Shown here in pieces: positions 13,128 to 25,464 of a stretch of 64,000 bases of DNA. The position numbers were made by a program, and so were the translations under genes. The stretch spans positions 342,116,001 through 342,180,000 of the forward strand of contig OZ024743.1 in the NCBI GenBank assembly GCA_964016885.1, read 5' to 3'. Below the pieces are notes generated by a model. The model was given only the letters and a program-made list of their open reading frames with translations. It made no database searches and had not been told where the DNA came from. The stretch is from Eledone cirrhosa. Its lineage: Eukaryota. Numbering within the stretch: position 1 is the first letter of the stretch; every line of letters starts with the position of its first letter.

Positions 13128-13130
<3 letters not shown>
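12838..13130. repeat. Fold-back palindrome of HHR family A
   Basis: ~140-bp arms centred near 12981; plus-strand HHR copy 13017-13055 has lost its GTA triplet. Confidence 0.9.
12909..12946 (-). ncRNA. Intact type I HHR, U3:A8 core (family A)
   Basis: cctt-TTGAAAA-GCAG-aagaa-CTGC-GAAAC-CG-GTA-aagg. Confidence 0.82.
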
Positions 13131-13158
<28 letters not shown>

Positions 13159-14566
13159 ATATTCATTTTCTAATCAGTATATATAAACTAATATTTAAAG
13201 TTTTACATTATATTACGCAACATAGCTAATAGCTATTATTGAAATATTAATCATTGAGTGATATTTGAAAATAATTTGGAGACAATGTTGTGAAGTTATA
13301 ATTTCCTTTCTTGTAACACCACATGGTTAGTGAATTATACTTTATCAAAAACGAACTTGTTTTAAACACTTTTAATTGACATTGTTATCATGCCACAAAA
13401 TATGATAAATTGCGTTTGAATAAATACTGCCATTAGTTGTGATTTTGTCTCTCCTGGTTGTCTTTATTGATCCTATGTAATTATATTGCTACGTGTTTTT
13501 CTATCAATTTTGTTTTCAGTATGGAAATCTATTCTAAACTGACATAAGCAGACATGTTGTACTTTTGCATGAAAGCAAATTTATTTCTTCACAATAATGT
13601 GTATATTTTGGTCGGGTTTATTGTCAAAGTAATACAACTGTAAACGCTATCTCATCAAACGTAGAAATAAAAGAATGATTTAAGTGTATCATGCCATGAC
13701 CCAACGAAGGGAATTTCCATTTGTGGGTGACCTGTTAGAATTGGAACTCAAATAATCTTTAAATTACACCGCAATCATGTTGAATAAAGACATCTATAGA
13801 CATATATATTATATAGTTTAGTGGCGATATTATATAATATATGCATATATAGTTATGTACTAGATATATCCACCAATGAAGGAGGATATACACAACCTGC
13901 AAGTGAAGGCAGCCAAATTTCCTGCCAATGCATTTTATTTCCTTAAACAAATATGCAATGGATACTTCTAAAAAATAAAGTCTGAATGATCAAATCTTGG
14001 AAGCTTTTGATACATTTAATTGCACAAGGCTAATATGTTGATAAACAACAAAAACTATATGAAATAACATACTACACATACCAAAAGTACTAGATGTAAG
14101 GCCCTAGCAAAAGCGCGTCTATATGAACACTTTATATGCTAATAGAAATCTTCTTTAATGTTTATTCTAATGTCTCAAAACAAATTGTTTTGTCAATTAG
14201 TGCAAACTATGCTGTCCAGTGGTTAACAGTAGCAACAAAAACAATAGGAAACTACAAATATACTGCCATTTGAGATAATACACATCACAGTAGTCTATAT
14301 CATTCGTCAGTATAATTTGCCATCTGCAGTATGGTAGGCGGATGTATAATACATTTGGAACAATAGATCTGTAGGGAAACCTTAGTTATTAATCGAAAAA
14401 CAACAAGCTATTGGACAGCTTGATCTATTAGAATTGAAGTGTAACTACAGAAGCTACACTAACAACAATACACATACACTCATTCTATCTGCAGGTGCTC
14501 GCACTTAAAATCAAATGGTAAATGATATCGACAAAATTGTAAGGCCCTAGCAAAAGAGCGTCTATA

Positions 14567-14634
<68 letters not shown>

Positions 14635-14637
14635 TAT

Positions 14638-14688
14638 AGAATTAGCCGTCGAAACGGCTTGAGCTCAGCTGTCGGGGTCTTACTGGTT

Positions 14689-14690
<2 letters not shown>
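14638..14690 (+). ncRNA. 3' half of an HHR embedded between TA tracts
   Basis: tagccgtc-GAAACGGCT-tgagctc-AGCTGTC-gggg; same family at 32860-32912 and 50000-50050. Confidence 0.6.
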
Positions 14691-14758
<68 letters not shown>

Positions 14759-14779
14759 TTGGTGCTCTGAAATAGTGAT

Positions 14780-15129
14780 ATTTATATGAATGAATATATA
14801 GTGTATTTTGCAATACACTGTATGCTTAATTAAAAGCATTTTGAAGAGCTAACGCTATTGTTTTAAAGTAGTGACAATGTCACTTACTTCTATTTTCAGC
14901 AAACTGGAATTCTATAAGAATCCAACATTCATAATTTTCAGCAAACAGGAGGAGTGTTGAGCTTTGATAAGTACCAACAAGCACGAAACAGAGCTCTGTC
15001 AGCTTAACTCCCCTTGTTTGGTGAAAATATAAGTAAGTAACATTGTCACTACTTTAAAACAATAGCGTAAGGTTTTCAAAATACTTTTAATTAAGCATAC
15101 AGTGTATTGCAAAATACACTATATATACA

Positions 15130-15130
<1 letters not shown>
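14780..15130. repeat. Fold-back element of HHR family B
   Basis: Arms ~14785-14905 and ~15015-15130 are reverse complements; flanked by TA tracts. Confidence 0.85.
14957..15007 (+). ncRNA. Type I HHR, U3:A8 core (family B)
   Basis: ttgagct-TTGATAA-GTAC-caacaa-GCAC-GAAAC-AGAGCTCT-GTC-agcttaa; stem I extends to 14935/15030. Confidence 0.85.
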
Positions 15131-15167
<37 letters not shown>

Positions 15168-15197
15168 TGAGATTTTAGTCTTCAAATTTATTATTAT

Positions 15198-15253
<56 letters not shown>

Positions 15254-15430
15254 ATAATAATAAATTTGAAGACTAAAATCCAAAGAGGGCTCGATAAGGA
15301 TAAATATATATCAAATATACAAGAACCGTAGAGCAAATATTTATTAAAATAACAGATTAAAGTTTAAGAAAAAAATCGCTGCTTTCACCCTTAACGGGTT
15401 CTTCTGAAACTAACAAAGTCCAACTTTGTT

Positions 15431-15481
15431 AGTTTCAGAAGATCCCGTTAAGGGTGAAAGCAGCGATTCTTTGCTTAAACT
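15431..15481 (+). ncRNA. HHR with CAGAAGA core inside palindrome 15337-15502
   Basis: agttt-CAGAAGA-tCCC-gttaa-GGGt-GAAAGCAG..TTGCTT-aaact; mirrored at 15361-15411; tail fragments at ~36264-36365 and ~63337-63383. Confidence 0.65.
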
Positions 15482-15567
15482 TTAATATGTTATTTTAATA
15501 AACATATATATATATATATATATATATATGAGATATATGTATCAGATATATATGCATATACATATAT

Positions 15568-15614
<47 letters not shown>

Positions 15615-15767
15615 TAGTAAATTTGTATTCCAATGTTACTAAGTAGTCGCATTGGATGGAGTCAACCGACGTCGGAGATTGCTCAACGTATAATAAAGTG
15701 TGTTTTAAAATCCGGAGAAAATATGGAGAACTGTATGAAACGGAAATGCGGGTATAAAGAATTTATT

Positions 15768-15884
15768 AGGTAACAATTGTTTCTATAGTGTATGGGTTAC
15801 CTATACCTCGCTATTTGAATAATATAAAAATATTATCATAAATCGTAAGTACACTGTAAGAAAACACACCATGTCGTCAGACCT
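15768..15884 (-). ncRNA. Type I HHR with ~70-nt loop II
   Basis: Minus strand aggt-CTGACGA-c-ATGGTGTG..TACACTAT-a-GAAAC-AATT-GTT-acct; tail ends at TA tract ~15610. Confidence 0.8.
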
Positions 15885-16751
15885 TTGTAGTAGAATGATA
15901 TGAAAATATTTTATACACTAGATATAAGATAAAGAAGGAGGTAGGAAGGGAAGGGGAAGAGGGAAGCGAGTAAGGGGGAGGGAGTCTTAGGATTTAAGAC
16001 TGTCAGAGTGTTAGAGATTGTAGGGAGAGAGTGCTTTGGAGCAGTTAGCTTAATGAGGCGTGTTAGGGTTGGCGGGGAAGTGAATTCTTCTAGTGGTGTT
16101 GTTTGGACAAAATTTAGTTAAAGGGGTCAAAGTGGTACTGAGTTACAGACAAGTTATTGGGGCTATTATAGTAGCAGGTTATTTCTAAAGGGATCCAAAA
16201 AACAGTGTTTAGTACTATTATTATAGAAAGCCATATCGTGTATATATATATATACGTGTGTGTGTATTCATAAACATTCCAGAAGGTTGTAGTGGAAGAT
16301 AAGGGATAAGATGAAGAATGTGGTACTTTAAGATTCCGTTATATGGAGGTTGGGTTGTCATTGGGATTTGTTACGTTTGTCGCCCAAATTCTCAGGCCAC
16401 GTTCCTACAAATGTGGTTCAATGATGAGTTTTACATGTGACAGAATACGTTTAAGATATAGTTGGGAAAATTAGATTAGTCGTATATAAGAATATTAGGT
16501 AAATATGGCATCAGGAATGGAAGAATCTATATGTGTTAGGGAGGTATGTTTTGGTGTAAATTAAACAAAAAGTTCTTACAAAACTAACAGTTTTGTTAGT
16601 GATTTTTATTTTGTTCCCCTTTTCAAAAAGAAGAATGGAGACTAAATGAAAGATAGGAAATAGGAGAGATTGCAAGAAATATTAAATTGTAACAATAAGG
16701 GTGCTGAATTAGCTGAGTTGTAAGGAACTTGAGCTCCGGATGGCAAGTATA

Positions 16752-16940
16752 TAATTGTTTCTGCTTTTGGCACAAGGCCAGCAATTATCACCAGTGCATT
16801 ACTGGTACTTTATTTTATCGACCCCGTAAGGATGAAAGGCAAAGTTAACCTCGGCGGGATTTGAACTCAGAATGGCAAGGGCCGTAACTCTATGCGTCAA
16901 AGCATGGCGTCCGACTCTCTACCGATACTGCCAATCCACA
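16752..16940 (-). mobile_element. tRNA-derived SINE
   Basis: Same family as 7962-8176 and 25275-25464. Confidence 0.85.
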
Positions 16941-17344
16941 ATATGATGTTGATATATTGTTCTATGTGGTGGATGCATAATTGGTAGTCACACCTGCACA
17001 CGAAAAATAAATAGCTCATTCACTTTGGAAGTGAAATCAGTGTATTTAATGCAAAGATGATACGTTTGGAGGAATTTGGAGAGAAGGATAGCAGATTTGT
17101 GAGTTAGAAATGTTGAAATAAAAGTGAGTTTGAAGATGTTGTATGTGAAGCTATCTAGTAAAAAATGAGATCCAGCATTCTCAAGAAATATAACTATATT
17201 TAAAAATTTACAAATGTGATAACAGAATATTTTATATATTATTCACTGCTCTTTAATAGAGACAACATTAGCAGGGAAACGGTGTTTAAAAATATACAAT
17301 ATATCTCATGAATGAATCTACTGTTAAGTTACTTAAACCCCATA

Positions 17345-17640
17345 GCAACAAAATTATCTTTGTATTATATTTCCAGAAATAATTATTGCGTTTAGCCAGG
17401 AAAATGTACTTAAAAATTCAAATTACACCAGATTTAAAGTTCTATGACACCCCAAAATAATTCTATATCAAGTAATACAATATCAATTTCTGGAGGCAAA
17501 TCGAGTTAATAACATAAAATATGGAGTCTCAGACATCTATATCCCAGAGGAAATATGAAAACTAGAAATGAAATTTACGCTTATGTGTTGTCAATATTAC
17601 ATGTTCCATTGCATTCTTTCCAAGACGAGGTCTTTAAATG
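17345..17640 (+). repeat. Diverged direct repeat, paralogous to ~25625-25915
   Basis: Colinear similarity (gcgttt..aaaatgtacttaaa..gaaatat..atgaaattt.cgcttat..ttccaaga.gag). Confidence 0.7.
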
Positions 17641-17641
17641 G

Positions 17642-17707
<66 letters not shown>

Positions 17708-17808
17708 CGCGTGCATACACACACACACCCACACACCCACACACCCACATATATATATATATATGTATATATTGTGTGTGTATGTGTGTATTTACATAAG
17801 TATATATG

Positions 17809-17886
<78 letters not shown>

Positions 17887-18165
17887 GTTATACTTCAGTA
17901 GGGCTATATTGTTGCAATATTGCCAGAAATAATAACAGAACAAACTCACTGTTTGGTTGGTTTTCGCTTTTTGTATCTTTTATACCTCCACAGTTAATTT
18001 ATTTGGCAATCAACGTTTATCATTGATTGGCCAACGGTAAAAAAATATACACATATATATATATATATATAGTCTATCAAAATTCTTTCGTTTAACATCT
18101 GCAACATCATGAGTGATACTAGTATGTTTCCTCCTGTTGTATTTTATGTCTACGTCATATTTATT

Positions 18166-18200
<35 letters not shown>

Positions 18201-18439
18201 TTCATTTATTTATTTATTTATTCTTGTCTCGGTCTCTGCGCATACGTTTGCGTGTGTATATAATGTGTGGCGTGTGTGTTCGCGTTTGAACGTACGTGTT
18301 TTAGTTTTTATATTCTATCTTTGTTTACTAGTGTGTGTTTATATGTGTTTGTTGTTATTGTACCTGTGTATATATTTATTTATTTATTCATTCACCTATA
18401 TTTCCCTTAAGTCAGTATTGTTTGTTTGGGTATGGTTGT

Positions 18440-19255
18440 TGTTATTCCATTCATTTTTTTCTGTTTAGCTTTGGTCTTCTTAGCTCTATCTCATTTGCTT
18501 CTCTGATTTGCCTTCCTGTTGATATTGTTGGATATTATTTTAATTTTTATGTTGTCTATATTACTGTCATGTCTTTGTCTGGTATGTTCGTATAGTACTG
18601 AACCGTTTTTTTGTCCTTTTAGTTCCCCCCAGTGTTAGTCTATACTTACTCCTATGCTTCGAGCTGTCTCACCTATGTATGTCGTTGTCTGGTTTCTTCA
18701 AGTACCCACTGTACATCTTATGCCATAGACTACATTTCTAGTTGTACAGTTTATCTGGGGGTTCATTTTACATATAAGACATTTATTATTAGTACAGTGG
18801 GTTTTCTTAAAGGGATATGATTTGCTAATCAGGGATTTTATGGTAGTTCCTGGCTTTTATACCACTTTAATCTTCAAATATGTCTTCCTTAGGGCCTTTC
18901 TAGATTGGTTAGCTAATTTTCTTCCAGGGGTAGCATCCACGAACATGACACTATGGTATCTCTGGTTGTCGTACCATGAAGTGGCTTTTCCTATCTTATA
19001 TTTAGTCCTATCTGAGCTAATCCATGATTTGCTCCTGTATAATGGGAAAATTCCTTTCATGTCCACTTCTATGAGGATCTTATATTTCTCCGTAGCTCTT
19101 TTGTATACTCTGATTCTGTCTCTTTGGTTGTCGCCATAGAACTGCATGCGGTTGATGAAGTGTTGGATATGACTTTCCATTTCAGTTGGGTCGCACATGC
19201 GGGACACGTTCTTCATCACTCTTACCAAGTCTGCGAATCAGAATATTAAACTTAT
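18440..19255 (-). mobile_element. Penelope-like element fragment (thumb, Cys-rich linker, GIY-YIG; Neptune-like)
   Basis: PLYRSKSW..VMFVDATPG..IKVV, then KSYPF..CTNNKCLIC..NCTTRNVVYGIRC..YIGETARS with stops. Confidence 0.85.
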
Positions 19256-19269
19256 CAGAGAGAGGGGGG

Positions 19270-20700
19270 AATTCACAAGAATCAAAGCTATGTTCAAAGC
19301 ATTTATTCACTTACAATTGTTTCATCCAAACATAGGCTTGGTATCTTCGGACCATTTTTCAATATTTGTACACATAATTGACCTCCTTTCCAACGCAAGA
19401 GACATACAGGTATATATATATTGATGTACAGTGGAGTGACATATATTATACAATATTATTTCTCTATAGCAATTCAAATTCAAAATCAAAATCAAAACTA
19501 AAATTAAAACAAAATTAAAATACATTCGGCAGTTAACACAGATAATGCAAGAGGATAGTTTGTTAGCCAGATGTAATAGTTAGTGCATGCGTTAGTTACA
19601 CGTGGGGCATGCAAGTGTGTCTCATTTATATATGATTATTGTGTGGCACGGTGTTACATGTAATACAAGCACTTTAAGCGGGTAAGTAAGGGTATTATGG
19701 TGGTTGTAGTGGTAAGGTATTTTATGTATATAATAAACAAGTATGTGTGCAGAAAAATAAAAATAAAAAGGAGAAGCAAAAGAAAGTTATGGTTTTCGTA
19801 TCCACCACCATTTTCACATTCAGGAAAAGTAATATATATAGTTTTTACATCCATCACATAAGTAAAGATGACTCCATATTGGATGCTTGATGCATTAAAT
19901 TAAATTATGTTAGCTTATTGCGGCTCAGTGTTATTTAATCCAAATTTATAGAATATGTTGATTCTGCTGCGAGAATCAACCTATTCTGTGTAAATTCTCG
20001 CAGCAGAATCAACTTATTCTATAAATTTGGATTAAATAACACTGAGCCGCAATAAGCTAACATAATTTAATTTAATGCATGAAACATCCAATATGAAATC
20101 AACGTTACTTATGTGATGGATCTAAAAACTATATATATTACTTTTCCTGAATGTGAAAATGGTGGTGGATACGAAAACCATAACTTTCTTTTGCTTCTCC
20201 TTTTTATTTTTATTTTTCTGCACACATACTTGTTTATTATATACATAAAATACCTTACCACTACAACCACCATAATACTCTTACTTACCCGCTCAAAGTG
20301 CTTGTATTACATGTAACACCGTGCCACACAATAATCATATATAAATGAGACACACTTGCATGCCCCACGTGTAACTAACGCATGCACTAACTATTACATC
20401 TGGCTAACAAACTATCCTCTTGCATTATCTGTGTTAACTGCCGAATGTATTTTAATTTTGTTTTAATTTTAGTTTTGATTTTGATTTTGAATTTGAATTG
20501 CTATAGAGAAATAATATAGTATAATATATGTCACTCCACTGTACATCAATATATATATACCTGTATGTCTCTTGCGTTGGAAAGGAGGTCAATTATGTGT
20601 ACAAATATTGAAAAATGGTCCGAAGATACCAAGCCTATGTTTGGATGAAACAATTGTAAGTGAATAAATGCTTTGAACATAGCTTTGATTCTTGTGAATT
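19270..20700. repeat. 1.43-kb near-perfect palindrome, ~707-bp arms, each carrying a degenerate CCGAAGA HHR
   Basis: Arms 19270-19976 and 19994-20700 with scattered mismatches; ggt-CCGAAGA-taCCAAGC-ctat-GTTTGGat-GAAAC-AATT-GTA at 20617-20661. Confidence 0.95.
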
Positions 20701-20741
20701 TCCCGCCCCCCCTCTCTCTCTCTCCCTCTCTCTCTTTCTCG

Positions 20742-20803
<62 letters not shown>

Positions 20804-20827
20804 TTATTTATATATATATATATATGT

Positions 20828-21770
20828 ATATAAACTAGAAATAGATTGACATATAACTTGCAAAGAATGCAAGCACACATAGCTAGGCAGGTAACAAATT
20901 AAAGTTTAACTAGAACTTCAAATATAGATACCTTTTAAAATGATTAATCCCCTTTGTATATATTTCTTTAAGTAAAAAATATATTTCACCAATTAATCAG
21001 TAAATCACAGTAGTCAAATCCTGGATGGTCACCAAAGGAGAAGAAAATAACTATCTGCGTTTACAAAGCAAATGCAAATATGTTTATTTTATATATATAT
21101 ATGTCAATCTATTTCTAGTTGATATGAAATGCTCGGATCTATTCATTGGAATCTTTGAGCTTATTCTACGGGGGATATGGCGCATGTCTCTCAGACATGA
21201 CAACACTTAATTTAATTTTGGATATATATAATTAATTGTAGAGCTAACTCAGTTGAATGGACTCTGCTGCTATTTCTATCTGTCGATAATCCTATTCACG
21301 CCAGTGGGATGACGCTGTGCGATGTGTGTATTTTTTAAAAATGCAACACGTGGTTCGAGTCATTCACAGATTTGCATTTGCTTTGTAAACGCAGATAGTT
21401 ATTTTCTTCTCCTTTGGTGACCATCCAGGATTTAACTACTTTGATTTACTGATTAATTGGTGAAATATATTTTTTACTTAAAGAAATATATACAAAGGAG
21501 ATTAATCATTTTAAAAGTTTGAAGTTCTAGTTAAACTTTAATTGGTTACCTACCTAGCTATGTGTGCTTACATTCTTTACAAGTTATTCCCTGTGATTGT
21601 TCCATATGTTTATTTTATATATATATATATATATATGTCAATCTATTTCTAGTTGATATGAAATGCTCGGATCTATTCATTGGAATCTTTGAGCTTATTC
21701 TACGGTGGATATGGCGCATGTCTCTCAGACATGACAATCCTTAATTTAATTTTGGATATATATATATATA
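20828..21770. mobile_element. Non-coding element with inverted 5' arm and ~530-bp terminal redundancy (PLE pLTR-like)
   Basis: 20855-21078 inverted relative to ~21372-21587; 21080-21230 repeated at 21604-21765; TA flanks; no clear HHR found. Confidence 0.7.
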
Positions 21771-21819
<49 letters not shown>

Positions 21820-22249
21820 ATGTGTGTATGTGTGTATGTGTGTTTGTGTGTGTGTGTGTATGTGTGCATGTGTGTGTATGTGTGTATGTGTGTGTGTGTG
21901 TGGCGGCATGCATGTATGAACAGTAACATATGTAGTGTTTTAAGTATATAAATGTGGCGTTACTACATTTTGACAACGTCTGTTGTGTGGCAGAGATTTT
22001 ATTCTTGCAAACAGTGCGACCTTGTAGAAATTCCAACTTCGTTTTGCCACCTCAACAATTCATCATATTATCTTCCCATAATATCTTCGCGGGTGTATAA
22101 ATTTCAATAATATGCTTCAAGTGCAAAACTTTGTTATTATATTCATATTTATAAAATACAAGGAAATAATTATTTCGCTTCGGGAAGAGTTTAAAGTATC
22201 TCCATGACCAATATTCAATGGTTAGCCTTTTAACCAATACACTACCCTT

Positions 22250-22745
22250 TCAACTAAAAGCATGAAATCTCAACACAGGAACAAACGCAAAAGCCTTCCA
22301 CCTCCGGTTGTTCATACAGGAGATCAGATGCATGACCTCTGGACGAACAGTGCAACACTCCAGCGGTGATATATGAGGCAGAAGTGACCTCCACCAACCA
22401 GAACCACGTGACAGAAGCTGTGCTTTTTATGTAGGAATGTCAGAGAACCGTTTCAAATGCCGTTTCCTGAATAACAAAACGACCTTCAGATATCTTGACA
22501 AAAAACATTCCATTCCTCAGCTCGCAAACCACCTATGGAATCTTAATGGAAACGTCATTGTGTTCTCCATTAAACGTAGGATGCTGTAACGATACACATC
22601 AATGGAACTAATTTTTCAACTTGTGCAGCTCTGAAAAGTGGAATGTACTTTCACAACTCTCTTTAAAATATCGCGGCTTAAATACGCACCTCGATTGTTT
22701 CAATTGTTGCCCGTAAGAAGGGAAATTTCTTCTGAGAATATGTGT
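22250..22745 (+). mobile_element. Penelope-like GIY-YIG endonuclease fragment (related to 29220-29850)
   Basis: CS.RRSDA*PLDEQCNTPAVIYEAEV..YVGMSENRFK.RF..KTTFR..LANHLWNL..NLCSSEK. Confidence 0.8.
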
Positions 22746-23063
22746 AGACGAGATTCAAAATTCGAGACTCCTGATTTAACACGAGTTATCTAATTTTATT
22801 AGCTCCTTTTGCACTTATATAATTTAATTTATGATCTATTCATAGGATAATTGCAGGATTACTGCCCTTTACATCTCTCCTGTACTAACAAGAATCTCCC
22901 CAGAAGTATTTATATACATGTATATGTCACTGTTATTACTGATTGTATACGCACGTTTATATATATGTATATATATATATATATATATATGAGCGGAACA
23001 AGTAATCATCAAACAATCTCTTAAATAAATTAAAAAACGATTTAAATATTCACCTGTTCTATT

Positions 23064-23143
23064 GCCGTTACCGACGGTTTCACTAATCAAAAGATTGGAA
23101 ATTCAGAGAATTTCCAATGGAAAGAATTAGATCTTCAGACAGC
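23064..23143 (-). ncRNA. Type I HHR within fold-back element 22989-23394
   Basis: gctgt-CTGAAGA-tCTAATT..ATTGGAAATTC-tct-GAATTTCCAAT..GATTAGt-GAAAC-CGTCG-GTA-acggc; arms 22989-23108 and 23275-23394. Confidence 0.85.
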
Positions 23144-23501
23144 TATTTCCGTACTATAAGGTATAAAGCCTCACACTAAGAGAATATATCGCTTCCTGAC
23201 CGTTGCATGGGGTCAGGCCGTTAAAGTGACCCACATACAAAAATAGGCCATAAGTAAAAGCGGGATATTATAAACTCTGAATTTCCAATCTTTTGATTAG
23301 AGAAACCGTCGGTAACGGCAATAGAACAGGTGAATATTTAAATCGGTTTTTAATTTATTTAAGAGATCGTTTGATGATTACTTGTTCCGCTCATTTTTAT
23401 AGTTCTGGTATCTCAAATTAGTACCATCGAACCACAACTATTATAAACATCATGCATATTTCTGTAGGTACTTAGTGCCTGTTGGAATATCCATTCCCTT
23501 T

Positions 23502-23557
<56 letters not shown>

Positions 23558-23558
<1 letters not shown>

Positions 23559-24118
23559 TAGCCGAATTACTCGCGCCTTTCACACATTTTTTTTGTAAGA
23601 AAATGATGATTGATTTTAAAACAGTGATATACTTCGTGGAGAAAAACTTTGCATTTCAATATTACTCAATGTAAAATGTAATGCATGAAAAATTGGAAAA
23701 CATTATTTTTTGTAATATGTCAAATCAAAATTACATTATTAAATCTTATTCTTATTTTGTTTCTTGTAAATAATTTTTTTTTCAAAATATCAATTCAAAA
23801 CCTTTGTGAATAGGCATCATAGGGTTTAACCCCAATTAGGGTGTCTTAATATTATTGAAATTTGCTGAAATTCTGTGAATATGCATCATATCTTGTCATT
23901 TACATATGGTTTAAATTTCATATAAATCGAAGGGAACACATTTTCAGCGGGCGTTTTGTGCCCCCGAGGAACCCTTTGATTAAAATGAAATATACTTATC
24001 CAAGTACCCTGGGCAATGTAGTTTCAGAATATATATGGTTAAGGGGGTATATCTCTAAAAGAATAGGAGGAGTACGTGAACAAACAAACATTCGAACAGC
24101 CAGGTATATATATGTGTA
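23558..24118 (-). mobile_element. Non-autonomous Helitron-like element
   Basis: CTAG 3' end at 23558 with subterminal GC-rich motif; 5' region with tgtttgtttgttcacg microsatellite. Confidence 0.55.
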
Positions 24119-24237
24119 AAGCGTAAACGGAAACAACACAGTACAATGGTGAAATATATTAGTGTAACGCTTGATATAGTAAGAAAATGTTTTTCCGTTT
24201 CGGACACTAGTCTTTCTCTCTATATCTCAATCTCCCT

Positions 24238-24295
<58 letters not shown>

Positions 24296-24359
24296 ACTCT
24301 CTCTTTCTCCCTCCCTCTTTCTCTCTCCCTATCTATCTATCTAACTATCTATCTCTCTA

Positions 24360-25025
24360 CGAAACCTCATGGACAATACCAGGATTAGACATATCTACAA
24401 AGTACGAGCGAAACAATTGATAGTCGGGACTAGAAGAATTTTGGTAAAGTTTATATACATTTTTTCTTTAAACTTACATTTTAGACTTAGCTCCGTTTAA
24501 TTGATTATTTTCTAGTTAATTTCTACGGACTAAGAAGAAAGACTAGGTAAATTTTATCTGACTGTTCCTCGCGGGGGATAGTATTCGAAATTACATTTTA
24601 AACTTAGCTCCAAACTTACAAATTTATATAGCACTGATTAATGATTATTTGCTTAATTAATTTGTTCATTGAGCCACACGGTGAAAGGTCGCCACACTCA
24701 TATATGTATCTGTGACTATGTCTAAATATATACATATACATCCCTATGAATTTATTCTATAGTCCCGTTCGGTCGAGTAAACCTTAGGCGGTAACTGGCT
24801 GTTCCTTTTAGAAGCCAACCTACCTGCCATCTGGCCTGCCCTTCACAACCTTCTACTTTGACCGCTGGCCACGTGATAATTCTTATCCATTTTCAATTCA
24901 TTTTCGGCGACGATCATTGTAGAAATGTTAGTCCTAACTGAGGAGTCTCTTGAAAAGCTCGAAACCTCATGGATAATACCAGGTTTGGACATATTCACAA
25001 AGGACGAGCGAAACTATCGATAGTT
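24360..25025 (+). mobile_element. Retrozyme-like 600-bp unit with a permuted U3:A8 HHR (family C)
   Basis: 24361-24424 repeats at 24961-25024; composite agtctc-TTGAAAA-GCTCG..CGAGC-GAAAC-TATCGATA-GTC-gggact. Confidence 0.75.
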
Positions 25026-25274
25026 TCACAAACTGGAGGGTGGTGTTTTTGTGGCTATGCTATATAAGTGTTTTGGATATAAGGCTTTCTATCAATTATA
25101 TCTTTATATTTAGGCATGGATATAAATAGGTATGATTTTGGTGCCGTATTATAAATTGAGGGGGTATGTATAACTATCATTTATTTATCTACGAACTAAG
25201 TTCCTGACTAAATATGAATTGTATATATATGAAATCCAATAATGATTTAACAGAACATTATATATCACATTTGT

Positions 25275-25464
25275 GGATTGGGCGGTGGATTGGCAGTATC
25301 AGTAGAGGGTCGGACGCCATGCTTTCCAGCATAGTTACGTCCCTTTACGATCTGAGTTCAAATCCCGCCGAGGTTGACTTTGCCTTTCATCCTTACGGGG
25401 TCGATAAAATAAAGTACCAGTAATGCACTGGGTAATTGCTGGCCTTGTGCCTAAAGTAGAGACA
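25275..25464 (+). mobile_element. tRNA-derived SINE with 18-bp TSD
   Basis: attatatatcacatttgt at 25257-25274 and 25465-25482; gagttcaaatccc B-box. Confidence 0.9.
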
